A stretch of 34,788 bases of DNA from Candidatus Vogelbacteria bacterium RIFOXYD1_FULL_44_32 (lineage in GTDB: Bacteria; Patescibacteriota; Minisyncoccia; Phycocordibacterales; XYD1-FULL-46-19): contig MHTJ01000002.1 of NCBI GenBank assembly GCA_001823065.1, forward strand, positions 119,532-154,319. Reading direction: 5' to 3'. The position numbers and the translations under genes are program-made. The notes beneath the pieces are model-generated. The model ran no database searches. It was not told the origin of the DNA and worked only from the letters and a program-made list of their open reading frames with translations. Below are positions 1 through 9,618 of the stretch, piece after piece (the stretch's first letter is position 1; the number at the start of each line of letters is the position of its first letter).

Positions 1-1
1 A

Positions 2-415
2 TTGGGGGTAACACCTGAAATAGCCGAAAAAATTACCACCGATTTAAATACCAAAATATTTATTCCAGTGATTGAATCCCTAAAAAATAATGAGTATAAA
101 GATACTGATTATTTAGATAAAGTTGTTGAGGAAACCAAGAGTGTTAGTATAAACTCTGATCAAAAAATACCCCCAGAAGACAAAGCCCCTGCAACAAATC
201 TAGCCCCAAATACCGCCCCACCCGACTTTTTTGAGAAAAAAATGAGCCACTTATTCACCAGCACCGCCGATTTGCGGGCGGGTCGGGAAGAGGTAGAAGA
301 ATACACCCCACCACCTAGTGCCCCCGTCGATGACAAAGCTCCACTGGCCACCAATCTGCCATTGGCCAAAAAACGCCCAGAAGGGTTGGACCCGTATCGG
401 GAGATGCCCCAATAA
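2..415 (+). CDS. Hypothetical Pro-rich protein, 5'-truncated by the window edge, ending in DPYRE
   Basis: Open from the window start. Internal repeat PEDKAPATNL / VDDKAPLATNL. A hairpin follows the stop codon. Confidence 0.7.
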   Translation: MGVTPEIAEKITTDLNTKIFIPVIESLKNNEYKDTDYLDKVVEETKSVSINSDQKIPPEDKAPATNLAPNTAPPDFFEKKMSHLFTSTADLRAGREEVEEYTPPPSAPVDDKAPLATNLPLAKKRPEGLDPYREMPQ

Positions 416-416
416 A

Positions 417-463
417 TTAATTCCAAATCCCCGCCAGCAAAGCTGGCGGGGATTTGGAATTAA
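417..463. terminator. Perfect 22-bp inverted repeat (terminator or REP-like palindrome)
   Basis: TTAATTCCAAATCCCCGCCAGC-AAA-GCTGGCGGGGATTTGGAATTAA lies immediately after the stop at 415. Confidence 0.75.
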
Positions 464-512
464 CCCCAGCTAATACTCCTAACGACAACTAAACTGTAGT
501 ATAATTAGGGTA

Positions 513-914
513 ATGAATTTTCAGGTCCCGCAATTTATTGAAGTGGAGGATAAAATTTTTGGCCCGCTCACTTTTAAGCAATTTTTGTATGTGGCGGGGG
601 GAATTGGCTTGGCTTTTATTTTCTATGTTTTTTTACCTTCGCTGTTTTTATCGGCCATACCCATCGCCCTAGCTATCGGTTTGGGCGCTATGTTGGCCTT
701 TCTTAAAATAAATAATCGCCCTTTTATCTACACTTTTGAATCGGCCATTAAATATTATATTCACTCCAAGCTCTATATTTGGAACAAAAAACCAAATGCC
801 CAGAAATTAACTATGGAAACCACCAAACAAGACACTGCTGGTTTACCAAGACTGTCCGACAGCAAATTATCTGATTTATCCTGGAGTTTGGATGTTAAAG
901 ACAAGATAAACTAA
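513..914 (+). CDS. PrgI-family (VirB3-like) membrane protein
   Basis: N-terminal FQVPQFIEVEDKIFGPLTFKQF motif, two TM segments, KINNRPF after TM2, upstream of a VirB4-type ATPase. Confidence 0.85.
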   Translation: MNFQVPQFIEVEDKIFGPLTFKQFLYVAGGIGLAFIFYVFLPSLFLSAIPIALAIGLGAMLAFLKINNRPFIYTFESAIKYYIHSKLYIWNKKPNAQKLTMETTKQDTAGLPRLSDSKLSDLSWSLDVKDKIN

Positions 915-918
915 ACAT

Positions 919-1560
919 ATGGCCCTAACTAACAGCTCCACTCAAGACTTTATTCCCATCAAAGAAATCCGCGAAAATGTGGTGATTTTGAAAGATGGCT
1001 CTATGCGTGCGGTCCTCATCGCTTCGTCTCTCAACTTTGCCCTAAAATCGGTCGACGAGCGCACGGCCATCCTCTTGCAATATCAAAATTTTCTTAATTC
1101 TCTGGATTTTCATATTCAATTTTTTATTGAATCCAAAAAACTCGATATTCGACCATATATCACCGCCATCGAGGAACGCGGTAAGGAACAAACCAATGAA
1201 CTAATCAAAGTCCAGACTAGAGAATATGTTGAATTCATTAAAAACTTTACCGAGGTTACCAATATTATGACCAAATCTTTTTTTGTGGTCGTACCATATT
1301 CTACCCCTATTATTGAAACCAGGGGATTTATGGCCAAAATTCCACTCTTAAACAGTAAAAAAAGTCGGTTGGAAGCCAATCAGACCGACAATTTTCGTGA
1401 ATACAAAATTCAACTAGAACAGCGGATTAGCGTGGTCCAAGATGGCTTAAACCGGATTGGGGTCCGCACCACCGAGCTAGGCACCGAGGAACTAGTCGAG
1501 TTATATTTTAAAATTTTCAACCCCGGCGAAACCTCTTCCCCTAATATAAAAAACCTATAA
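919..1560 (+). CDS. Conserved T4SS-associated protein, resembling a stand-alone VirB4/TraC N-terminal-type domain
   Basis: Lies between prgI and virB4 with 2-4 nt gaps. STQDFIPIKEIRENVVILKDG...LNFALKS...QYQNFLNSLDF pattern, no P-loop. Confidence 0.6.
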   Translation: MALTNSSTQDFIPIKEIRENVVILKDGSMRAVLIASSLNFALKSVDERTAILLQYQNFLNSLDFHIQFFIESKKLDIRPYITAIEERGKEQTNELIKVQTREYVEFIKNFTEVTNIMTKSFFVVVPYSTPIIETRGFMAKIPLLNSKKSRLEANQTDNFREYKIQLEQRISVVQDGLNRIGVRTTELGTEELVELYFKIFNPGETSSPNIKNL

Positions 1561-1562
1561 CT

Positions 1563-3368
1563 ATGTCGCTTTTTTCTTTTAAAAAACCAAAAACCAATCT
1601 GACGCCAATTTTACCCGAACAGATTTATGAAATGGGTAAGCTCGAGCTCCGCGATATTATTGCCCCCTCGGCCCTGCGCGTGTCACCTAAAAATATTAAC
1701 CTGGGTGAGAAAATGGCTCGCACTTTGTTTGTTATTTCCTACCCTCGCTACCTCAATGAAGATTGGTTTTCACCGATCATCAACCTCGACAAGGTTTTCA
1801 ATGTGGCTATTTTTATTCACCCGATCGACTCAGCCCTCGTCTTACGCCAACTACAAAAAAAAGTAGCCGAAGTCCAAAGCCAAATCGACACTAAAGCCGA
1901 AAAGGGGTTTGTCCGTGACCCGATGCTCGATATTGCCTACGAGGATATCGAGACTCTGCGTGACCAGCTCCAGCAAGCCCGCGAAAAAATATTTAATGTG
2001 GGCGTCTATATCACTATTTATGGTGAAAATGAAGAAGAGTTAAACCGCACCGAATCAGAAATTAAATCTATTCTCGATTCCAAGTTGGTCTATTTAAAAC
2101 CAGCTTTGTTTCAGCAAGACGATGGCTTTCGGACGATTATCCCCACCGGGGAAGATATTTTAGGCGTCAACCAAATGCTAAATTCATCACCACTGTCGTC
2201 ACTCTTTCCCTTTATTTCTTTTGACCTGACATCTAATAAGGGGATTCTCTACGGGGTAAACCGCCACAACTCATCTTTAGTCCTGTTTGACCGTTTTTCC
2301 CTCGAAAACTATAACTCTGTTATCTTTGCCAAATCTGGTTCGGGTAAATCTTATACCACCAAGCTCGAAATTTTGCGGAGTCTAATGTTTGGTACCGACG
2401 TGATAGTCATTGACCCGGAACGAGAATATGAATTTCTCGCCGATGCCGTCGGGGGGCGCTATTTCAATATTTCTCTGACCTCCGAACACCATATTAACCC
2501 CTTTGACTTACCCTTCCCGCGCGAAGATGAATCACCAGCCGATGTACTACGGTCTAATATCATCAACCTGGTTGGCTTGATGCGTATTATGCTTGGCGGT
2601 CTATCACCTGAAGAAGATTCGATTATCGACAATGCTATCAGTGAAACCTATGCCCTAAAAGATATCACCGCTTCGACCGATTTTACCAACAAGCCCGCCC
2701 CTTTATTGTCCGACCTAGAGCTGGTGCTCGCGGGGATGGAAGGCGGGGAGTCGCTGGCACAGAGATTGGCCAAATATACCCAAGGCACTTGGTCGGGCTT
2801 TCTCAACCGGCCCACCAATGTGGATATTAATAAACAATTTGTCGTCTTTTCCGTGCGAGATATGGAAGACGAGCTAAAACCAGTGGCGATGTATATTGTG
2901 ATGCACCATATTTGGAATACTGTCCGCCGGAACCTAAAAAAACGGTTACTGGTCATCGATGAGGCCTGGTGGATGATGAAGGCCGAAGACACCGCTTCTT
3001 TCTTGTTTTCCCTAGTAAAAAGAGGCCGAAAATATTTTCTCGGTGTGGCGACTATCACCCAAGACGTGGGCGACTTCCTCAAAAGCCCTTATGGCACACC
3101 GATTATTACAAACTCCTCGATTCAAATTCTCTTAAAACAATCACCGGCTTCCATCGACCTAGTCCAAACTACCTTCAATCTCACCGATGAAGAAAAATAT
3201 CTCTTACTCGAATCAAATGTGGGGGAGGGAATATTTTTTGCTGGTCTAAAGCGGGTGGCCATTAAAATTATCGCTTCCTACACCGAAGACCAAATTATTA
3301 CCTCCGACCCCTCACAACTCCTCGCAATTAAAAAAGCCAAGGCTGACTTTAAAAATTCTGAAAAATGA
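1563..3368 (+). CDS. virB4: VirB4/TraC-like conjugation-type ATPase (HerA/FtsK superfamily)
   Basis: Walker A AKSGSGKS, VIDPEREY, INPFD, Walker B LLVIDEAW, KRGRKY, ITQD motifs. Confidence 0.88.
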   Translation: MSLFSFKKPKTNLTPILPEQIYEMGKLELRDIIAPSALRVSPKNINLGEKMARTLFVISYPRYLNEDWFSPIINLDKVFNVAIFIHPIDSALVLRQLQKKVAEVQSQIDTKAEKGFVRDPMLDIAYEDIETLRDQLQQAREKIFNVGVYITIYGENEEELNRTESEIKSILDSKLVYLKPALFQQDDGFRTIIPTGEDILGVNQMLNSSPLSSLFPFISFDLTSNKGILYGVNRHNSSLVLFDRFSLENYNSVIFAKSGSGKSYTTKLEILRSLMFGTDVIVIDPEREYEFLADAVGGRYFNISLTSEHHINPFDLPFPREDESPADVLRSNIINLVGLMRIMLGGLSPEEDSIIDNAISETYALKDITASTDFTNKPAPLLSDLELVLAGMEGGESLAQRLAKYTQGTWSGFLNRPTNVDINKQFVVFSVRDMEDELKPVAMYIVMHHIWNTVRRNLKKRLLVIDEAWWMMKAEDTASFLFSLVKRGRKYFLGVATITQDVGDFLKSPYGTPIITNSSIQILLKQSPASIDLVQTTFNLTDEEKYLLLESNVGEGIFFAGLKRVAIKIIASYTEDQIITSDPSQLLAIKKAKADFKNSEK

Positions 3369-3892
3369 ACCCTCATGATGACTTTCGTCCCAGAGATTTA
3401 CACCTACCAAGTACTGCACCTAGTGCTCCGGCTAAAGTAGCCCCTCAAACAACCCAACCAGGACGGTTCAAACAAGCGAAAGATATTGCCTCTAGATTGT
3501 GGGCCTTGGAAGGAAAAAACAGTCGGGTCAACAACACGACCGCCATGTTGATGGTGGCCGTAGCTTTTTTCTGTTTTAACCTACCCCAAATAATTTTAGA
3601 GTGGCTCTTGATTGGCTTTTTATTTAACTGGATTATTACTACTTTTGCTTGGCTTACAATGTGGTTTTGGTTTCGCCTCCATGGAGTCGGGTTTATAAAT
3701 CCGACTCGTTTGGTCACCCTTACCCTCTCGGCTCTGATAGATTATTTTCCCGGCGCCGACGCTAGTATTGTTTTCGGCTTCACTTGGACGATAGGAACGA
3801 TTATACTTATAGCAATCGTCCGCGCCGAAGATATGACCGGCATAAATATTGAAAAAATAATCAAAGGTAAATTTGCTTCACTAAAAGAATGA
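3365..3892 (+). CDS. Hypothetical multi-pass membrane protein in the T4SS-like operon
   Basis: ATGA overlap with virB4. About four hydrophobic segments after a Pro-rich N-terminus. Confidence 0.7.
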   Translation: MNPHDDFRPRDLHLPSTAPSAPAKVAPQTTQPGRFKQAKDIASRLWALEGKNSRVNNTTAMLMVAVAFFCFNLPQIILEWLLIGFLFNWIITTFAWLTMWFWFRLHGVGFINPTRLVTLTLSALIDYFPGADASIVFGFTWTIGTIILIAIVRAEDMTGINIEKIIKGKFASLKE

Positions 3893-4881
3893 CCAAAAAA
3901 ATAATTATTCTAATAATACTAGTAGTTTTACTTTCCCCCTTGGCGGCGACAGCCAGTGAGCGGGGCAAGAATATTTTATTTACAGTTGAGCCGGCCACAC
4001 CAGGGGCTTTTACCAATACCACTATTTCGATCCGTAGTTTCATGTTCAATCTAGTAGCGAGCGAAATTACCTGGTATTTGGACGGAGTAGAATATGCCAA
4101 AGATTTTAATCTCTCGACCATAGACTTTATAACCGAGAATTGGGGTAACCCCACCGAGGTCAAAGCCCAAGCCAAGCTAATTAGCGGTAAAACCCTCACT
4201 GAAGCGATTACTATTTATCCCGCTCGCGTGGACCTCCTGTGGCATGCTAATTCCTATATTCCAGCCTTTTATGAAGGTAAAAGACTAGCCACTAGTGGTA
4301 ATACTATAACTGTTACCGCCGAACCAACCCTAGTCAGCGAAAAAGGACTAGTAGACCCTAAAGCTCTTATCTATGAGTGGCAAAAAAATAATGAGAAACT
4401 GATTTCAGCTTCAGGTATAAATAAAAAAACACTCAGTTATATTGGGGGACAGACGACTGATAATATTAATATTAAAGTTTCGACCCAAAATGGACGGTTG
4501 GTGGCGGAAAATAAAATCACTATCGAAAAAGTTAAGCCATTTATCACTCTCTATGAGACCAAACCTCTATCTGGTCTAAATTGGTTGCGGAGTATTAGAA
4601 CTGGTAATAAATTAACTGGTGAAGATATTACCCTAAAAGCGGAACCTTACTTTTTTAATACTAATACCGGGGCCGATAATTTAGTTTATAATTGGACTAT
4701 CAATGACAAAGTGGTAGCCGGGAGGGAAGACAGTAAAAAACTCCTAACTTTAATCAATGATAGTTTGGCGGGTGAGCAAAAAATAACGCTCGGTTTAAAT
4801 ATTAAAAACCGCAACCAACCCCTGCAAACTGCCCAGAAAAATATTGAGTTGTGGTCTAGTTATTATAGTATTGGCTTTTAA
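3889..4881 (+). CDS. Secreted protein with probable tandem Ig-like beta-sandwich domains
   Basis: Signal peptide. Three repeated (I/L)xxxWxxD/N motifs (ITWYLDG, LIYEWQKN, LVYNWTIND). ATGA overlap with the upstream gene. Confidence 0.7.
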   Translation: MTKKIIILIILVVLLSPLAATASERGKNILFTVEPATPGAFTNTTISIRSFMFNLVASEITWYLDGVEYAKDFNLSTIDFITENWGNPTEVKAQAKLISGKTLTEAITIYPARVDLLWHANSYIPAFYEGKRLATSGNTITVTAEPTLVSEKGLVDPKALIYEWQKNNEKLISASGINKKTLSYIGGQTTDNINIKVSTQNGRLVAENKITIEKVKPFITLYETKPLSGLNWLRSIRTGNKLTGEDITLKAEPYFFNTNTGADNLVYNWTINDKVVAGREDSKKLLTLINDSLAGEQKITLGLNIKNRNQPLQTAQKNIELWSSYYSIGF

Positions 4882-4889
4882 TTAAATTT

Positions 4890-5414
4890 ATGACAAAAAT
4901 TATAAAAATAATTATTATATCTCTATCTTTGACCACTGGCCTGGCTTTAGCTGAAGAACCATTACCCCAACAACCAGCTGGAGCCCAATCGGGCTATGTT
5001 TTACTGTCACCATCTTTTATTGGAGCAAATGAAGGCGACACCGTTGGGCCCAGCGGCACTTTGTCTTTTGCTGGTTATTTACAAAAAATATATATCACCG
5101 CTCTCTCGATCGCCGTTTTTGCCGCTATTATCACCTTTGTCTATGCTGGTTTTATGTATCTCTGGCCTAAACCAGGTGAAAAAACCGAGGCCAAGGCGAT
5201 GATGTGGCAAGCGATGATTGGCCTGGTTTTAGCCCTAACGAGTTATTTAATCCTCTATACGGTCAATCCTAATCTCTTAAAATTTGATAGCTCAATTTTT
5301 GGGGGGCTAAAATCAAGCGCACCAGCCCCTGCCCCCGCCCCAGTTGACAACAGTATGCCCATTACACCCGATACCCCTATCTACAATCCGATTGATATAG
5401 GCGCTGGAATATAA
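4890..5414 (+). CDS. VirB2/TrbC-like pilin (CPR-type T4SS pilin)
   Basis: Signal peptide, then a TM hairpin with YAGFMY...EAK...AMIGLVLALTSYLILYTVNPNLL. Pro-rich tail. Confidence 0.75.
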   Translation: MTKIIKIIIISLSLTTGLALAEEPLPQQPAGAQSGYVLLSPSFIGANEGDTVGPSGTLSFAGYLQKIYITALSIAVFAAIITFVYAGFMYLWPKPGEKTEAKAMMWQAMIGLVLALTSYLILYTVNPNLLKFDSSIFGGLKSSAPAPAPAPVDNSMPITPDTPIYNPIDIGAGI

Positions 5415-5440
5415 TACTAATCAATAAACCACCTAAATAA

Positions 5441-6664
5441 ATGCTTAAAAAAATATTTAGTCTGATAATAATTTTACTGGTTATCGTCCTAGGGTGGTAT
5501 GGTTTTGTTTGGTATCAAAATCAAAAGCAATTAGCCCCAACCGGTCAGACCGCCAGCTCTACCACTAATGGTTTTTTTCCAACAATTGGTATTGTTGCCC
5601 AAAATATCGCGGATAGTATTACAGGAACAATCGATAATGCAACTAGTTCTAATACTCAACCTCCTGACCAAGAAATTAGGGGTCTATTGCGTGAAATAAT
5701 TTCCACCCCTAGCCCGGGTTTTATCCTAAATGAGGATGGGGTCAAACCTTCAATTATTTATGTGGACAACCAGACCGGCAATCTATTTGCCCTAGACCTG
5801 ACTGACCTAAAACAAAAACCAACCAAAATATCCTCCATGACCATCACGGATATTTTTCACCTCACTGGTGTAGTTAAAAATAACAGTTTATTGGCTGTTT
5901 TAGATACAATAAACAAAGCGGATGAAAGAAAAAAATATACGATTTTTAAACGTGATATTGCCGGACCAACTCTCACAGAAACCGGCGAGTTGGTAGGTGG
6001 GGGACGAGCGGTGGTGGCCAAAAAAGACCAGGCTATTTACTATACCGAGAATATGTCAGATCTGACTTTGGTCTACAAGGATGTACTGGGGAGTAAAAGT
6101 CTAGTGGGCAACCTACCTTTGTCTGACTGGAATCTACATATTAGTGGTAATAAGCTAATTACTAGTACCTACCCCGACCCTAGCGCTAAAGGTTTTGCCT
6201 ATGCTTTTGACCTCGACTCCACTAAAAAAGAAAAAGTAGTAGTTGATAGACAAAATTTAAGTTTAAAGGTTAGTCCGGACTATAAAAAAATTATCTATTC
6301 CACTGGCGACCAAACTACCAATAGTTTGCATTTACTTAATAAAAGTGAAAAAACCAGTCAAACCTTAATTACTAATACTTTTGCCGACAAGTGTTTATGG
6401 TCAGCTGATGCTGAAACTATTTATTGTGCTGTACCTAACAAAAAACCAGTCGGGGGTGATTTAAACCTTTGGCAGAGAGGAGAAATATCTTTTAGCGACT
6501 ATTTTGTGGCTATTTCAGCTAATACTGGTCGGGTAACTAAAATAAACAACCCAGCCGAATCTGGGCAAGCGGTCGACGTAATAAATTTAAACTATTCTAA
6601 AACCCTTAATTCACTCGTCTTTACTAATAAGACAGATTTGCACACTTATATTTTAGGACTTTAA
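5441..6664 (+). CDS. Membrane-anchored beta-propeller (TolB-like) protein
   Basis: N-terminal TM anchor, Thr/Ser linker, propeller-type motifs VSPDYKKIIYS and CLWSADAETIYC. Confidence 0.65.
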   Translation: MLKKIFSLIIILLVIVLGWYGFVWYQNQKQLAPTGQTASSTTNGFFPTIGIVAQNIADSITGTIDNATSSNTQPPDQEIRGLLREIISTPSPGFILNEDGVKPSIIYVDNQTGNLFALDLTDLKQKPTKISSMTITDIFHLTGVVKNNSLLAVLDTINKADERKKYTIFKRDIAGPTLTETGELVGGGRAVVAKKDQAIYYTENMSDLTLVYKDVLGSKSLVGNLPLSDWNLHISGNKLITSTYPDPSAKGFAYAFDLDSTKKEKVVVDRQNLSLKVSPDYKKIIYSTGDQTTNSLHLLNKSEKTSQTLITNTFADKCLWSADAETIYCAVPNKKPVGGDLNLWQRGEISFSDYFVAISANTGRVTKINNPAESGQAVDVINLNYSKTLNSLVFTNKTDLHTYILGL

Positions 6665-7399
6665 CTAACTATTTTTCAAAATAAGTTTAGCACGTTGTTT
6701 CACTACCATCTCGTGCAAAATACCAAAGATATTACCAGTGAGCCAGTAGAGGGCGACCGCGACGGGAAATTGGGAAGCAACCACCGCAATAATCACCGGC
6801 ATCACATAACGCATCTGCATATTCATACTGCGGGCAAAATTGGCTTGGAGTGAATGTTCCTGATCTTTAGCCTTTACCTCAATCGGCGGTAAGGTGAGTT
6901 TAATTTGAAAAAATTGGGTTACTCCAACCAATAAAGCTAAAATATAACTTTTATCGGTAATGAGCATTAAGCCAAAGACCGAATGGTTGATGGCTTCCGG
7001 ACTGTGGACAAAGGGATATAAAATATCTAAATTTAACTGAAAACCACGGGAAAAAACATAAAACAAGGCTAAAATAATTGGTAATTGAATAAATAACAAA
7101 CCAATACTAGTGAGGGGATTGATCCCGTGCTCCCGATACAACTCCATTATTTTTCGCGCTTGCTCTTGTTTATCGTCTTTATGGTCGTCTTTTATTTTTT
7201 TTAAAATTGGTTCAATTTCTTTTATCTTACGTTGGGTGTGATTAGATTTATGATAAAGAGGTAAGAGCAGGATACGGATAATGATAGTTAGAATAATAAT
7301 TGCTAGCGCCACACTCTGGCCCGGAACCACCGCACTAATAAAAACTAGAGCATTATATAATGGTTGAAATAAAATGGTGTGAAAGAAAGAGGAGATCAT
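6665..7399 (-). CDS. yidC: YidC/Oxa1 membrane protein insertase (start may be 7405)
   Basis: AIIILTIIIRILLLPL, ELYREHGINP, QLPI, ALYW motifs. Synteny with rnpA-rpmH. Confidence 0.95.
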   Translation of the reverse strand: MISSFFHTILFQPLYNALVFISAVVPGQSVALAIIILTIIIRILLLPLYHKSNHTQRKIKEIEPILKKIKDDHKDDKQEQARKIMELYREHGINPLTSIGLLFIQLPIILALFYVFSRGFQLNLDILYPFVHSPEAINHSVFGLMLITDKSYILALLVGVTQFFQIKLTLPPIEVKAKDQEHSLQANFARSMNMQMRYVMPVIIAVVASQFPVAVALYWLTGNIFGILHEMVVKQRAKLILKNS

Positions 7400-7407
7400 T
7401 GGCAAAA

Positions 7408-7755
7408 TTATTTATTACTTAAACCAGCCTTAGCTAATAGATAAAGAATATCCTGTTCAAGGGCACTAAACAAGGCAGTAGAGGCCTTGGGTGAGGCTAA
7501 AACCACCACTTGCCACCCCAACTTAATAAACTTTTTATTTTTATAAATAATATGTCTTAGGCGCCGTTTTATTTTGTTTCTACCCACCGCTGTTGGCTCA
7601 ACTTTAGCACTAACCACCACTGTAAAAACTGTTAGAGCAGTGGGGACTGGGGAGGCCACCACTTTTAGGCTAACAAGAGGTGAAAAAAAAGATCGCCCCT
7701 TGGTCATTATTTGGGGTATTTGGCTTTTCCGCACTCTTAATTGGCGCGGTAACAT
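7408..7755 (-). CDS. rnpA: Ribonuclease P protein component
   Basis: MLPRQLR start, VVVSAKV..AVGRNKIKRRLR (RNR motif). Synteny. Confidence 0.93.
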   Translation of the reverse strand: MLPRQLRVRKSQIPQIMTKGRSFFSPLVSLKVVASPVPTALTVFTVVVSAKVEPTAVGRNKIKRRLRHIIYKNKKFIKLGWQVVVLASPKASTALFSALEQDILYLLAKAGLSNK

Positions 7756-7761
7756 AGGGTT

Positions 7762-7896
7762 TTAAACACTTAATTTAGCCCGCCCTTTACGGCGTCGGGC
7801 CAAAAGGACCTTCCGCCCCCCTGGGGTAGCGGTCCGCACTAAAAAACCATGAGTAGTGGCTCGTTTACGCTTGTTGGGCTGATAGGTTTTTGACAT
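7762..7896 (-). CDS. rpmH: 50S ribosomal protein L34 (absent from the ORF track)
   Basis: Manual translation [44 protein letters not shown]. Canonical position divergent from dnaA. Confidence 0.97.
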   Translation of the reverse strand: MSKTYQPNKRKRATTHGFLVRTATPGGRKVLLARRRKGRAKLSV

Positions 7897-7903
7897 AAAG
7901 ACT

Positions 7904-7932
7904 AGTCTACATCAGAAATTTAATCCTGACAA
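7904..7932 (-). promoter_or_regulatory. Sigma70 promoter of rpmH-rnpA-yidC, probably leaderless
   Basis: TTGTCA-17-TAGACT on the minus strand, ending 7 nt before the rpmH ATG. Confidence 0.6.
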
Positions 7933-7975
7933 CTAGAAAGACCCAATGGTTTTTTGCGATAATACTATTTGCTAT

Positions 7976-8036
7976 TAATCCACTGGTTATCAACAGATAG
8001 GCAAGGTTTGTGGTAGGCGGGTGCTGTTCGTATAAT
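7976..8036 (+). promoter_or_regulatory. dnaA promoter with upstream DnaA boxes
   Basis: TAATCCACT (7976-7984), TTATCAACA (7987-7995), then TTGTGG-17-TATAAT (8008-8036). Confidence 0.6.
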
Positions 8037-8058
8037 AGAGGCACTTAAGTTCATAACA

Positions 8059-9423
8059 ATGGTCGACAATAAACAATTATGGGACGGGGCATTAGCCCAA
8101 ATTGAGCTTGGTATTTCCAAGGCTAATTTTGGTACTTGGTTTAAAAACACTTATATTTATAAACAAGAGGAAGGAATAATATTTATTAGCGCTCCCAACA
8201 CTTTTGTTAAAGATTGGCTAAAAAATAAATATCATAAGTTTATTCTTAAATCTTTAAGAGATATATCCCAAGAGGTGAGGGGTCTAGAGTATGTTATTAT
8301 TCGACGCGATGAAAAAACAAAATTAACCGACGCAGTCCAGACCACCAATCAAAATGAGCCTGTATCAGATTTGGGTTTGAGTGAACTTTATATTAATAAA
8401 GACAGTAATTTAAATCCTAAATATACTTTTGACACATTTGTGGTTGGATCATTTAATGAAATGGCTTACGCCGCCTCACAGGCGGTAATCAAAAACCCTG
8501 GGATGAATTATAATCCTCTGTATATTTATGGCCCAACTGGGGTTGGTAAAACTCATCTCCTCCAATCAATCGGTAATTATATTGCCAAACTAAACAGTAA
8601 TAAGCGGGTCTTTTATATTACATCCGAAAATTTTACCGTTGATTGTGTTAATGCCTTAATGAATAATAAAATAAATTTATTTAAAGAAAAATATCGTAAA
8701 TATGATTTAATTATTATTGATGATATTCAATTTTTTTCCAATAAAGAAAAGACTCAGGAAGAATTATTTCATTTGTTTAATCACTTCTATGAAAACAATA
8801 AACAAATAATATTTTCCTCCGATCAACCCCCTAAATATATTGAACACCTAGAGGAACGTTTACGCTCACGTTTTGAAGGAGGGATGATTGTTGATATAAG
8901 TAAACCAGACTATGAATCTAGACTGGCTATCCTAAAAACTAAAGCTAAACAACTAGACCAAGTAATTCCAGCTGAAATATTGGAATATATTGCTTCAGTT
9001 ATTCAAGATAGTATCCGCGAATTAGAAGGGACTCTTAAGTCTATTATTGTCCAAACCCAAGCCAAAAAAAAGGACTTATCTTTAAATGATGTTAAAAATA
9101 TACTTAAAAACAATATTAAACCTAAAAAGGCTGTTTCTTTTAAAGATGTTATAAAAATAATAGCCGAATATTATAATATTGAAGAAAAATTTCTCTATGA
9201 GAAAACTAGACGGAAGGAAGTAGTAAAACCTAGACAAATAATAATGTATATTTTACGAGAAGATTTTAATACTTCTTATCCATTTATTGGCCAAAAATTA
9301 GGTGGTAGGGATCATACTACTGTTATTCATGCTTACGAAAAAATTAAAAAAGATATAAAATGTGATAATTTATTAAATCAAGAGATTGAACAAATTAGAC
9401 AACAGCTATATAGTAGCACTTGA
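8059..9423 (+). CDS. dnaA: Chromosomal replication initiator DnaA
   Basis: LNPKYTFDTFVVG, YNPLYIYGPTGVGKTHLL, DDIQF, RLRSRFEGG, GGRDHTTVIHA. Confidence 0.99.
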   Translation: MVDNKQLWDGALAQIELGISKANFGTWFKNTYIYKQEEGIIFISAPNTFVKDWLKNKYHKFILKSLRDISQEVRGLEYVIIRRDEKTKLTDAVQTTNQNEPVSDLGLSELYINKDSNLNPKYTFDTFVVGSFNEMAYAASQAVIKNPGMNYNPLYIYGPTGVGKTHLLQSIGNYIAKLNSNKRVFYITSENFTVDCVNALMNNKINLFKEKYRKYDLIIIDDIQFFSNKEKTQEELFHLFNHFYENNKQIIFSSDQPPKYIEHLEERLRSRFEGGMIVDISKPDYESRLAILKTKAKQLDQVIPAEILEYIASVIQDSIRELEGTLKSIIVQTQAKKKDLSLNDVKNILKNNIKPKKAVSFKDVIKIIAEYYNIEEKFLYEKTRRKEVVKPRQIIMYILREDFNTSYPFIGQKLGGRDHTTVIHAYEKIKKDIKCDNLLNQEIEQIRQQLYSST

Positions 9424-9618
9424 TAAAGTGTGGATTAGTTTGTGAATAAAGTAATTATAAATTGTTAATAATTTAGGGATAAATTTAATTAATATAAATA
9501 TCCTCAATTAATCCCCAACTATAAACACAATCCGCGCAATAAAAATTTCCATTTTAACTTTATTTATCAACCTATAAATAAGATATACCCATTTCCACAG
9601 TCTAATATAGTAAAAAAT
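9424..9618. other. Probable oriC (DnaA-box cluster plus AT-rich unwinding region)
   Basis: TGTGGATTA 9429-37, TGTGAATAA 9441-49, TGTTAATAA 9463-71, TTATCAACC 9564-72, ATTTCCACA 9591-99. Pure A/T run at 9481-9500. The + strand looks C-rich to the left and G-rich to the right. Confidence 0.8.

Noticed and set aside
513-6664. Complete conjugative element (ICE)
   Set aside because: No relaxase, coupling protein, integrase or att repeats in the window, and the operon directly abuts core genes.
9591-9618. DnaA-trio repeats next to the last DnaA box
   Set aside because: No clean trinucleotide run is visible, so the pattern is too weak to call.
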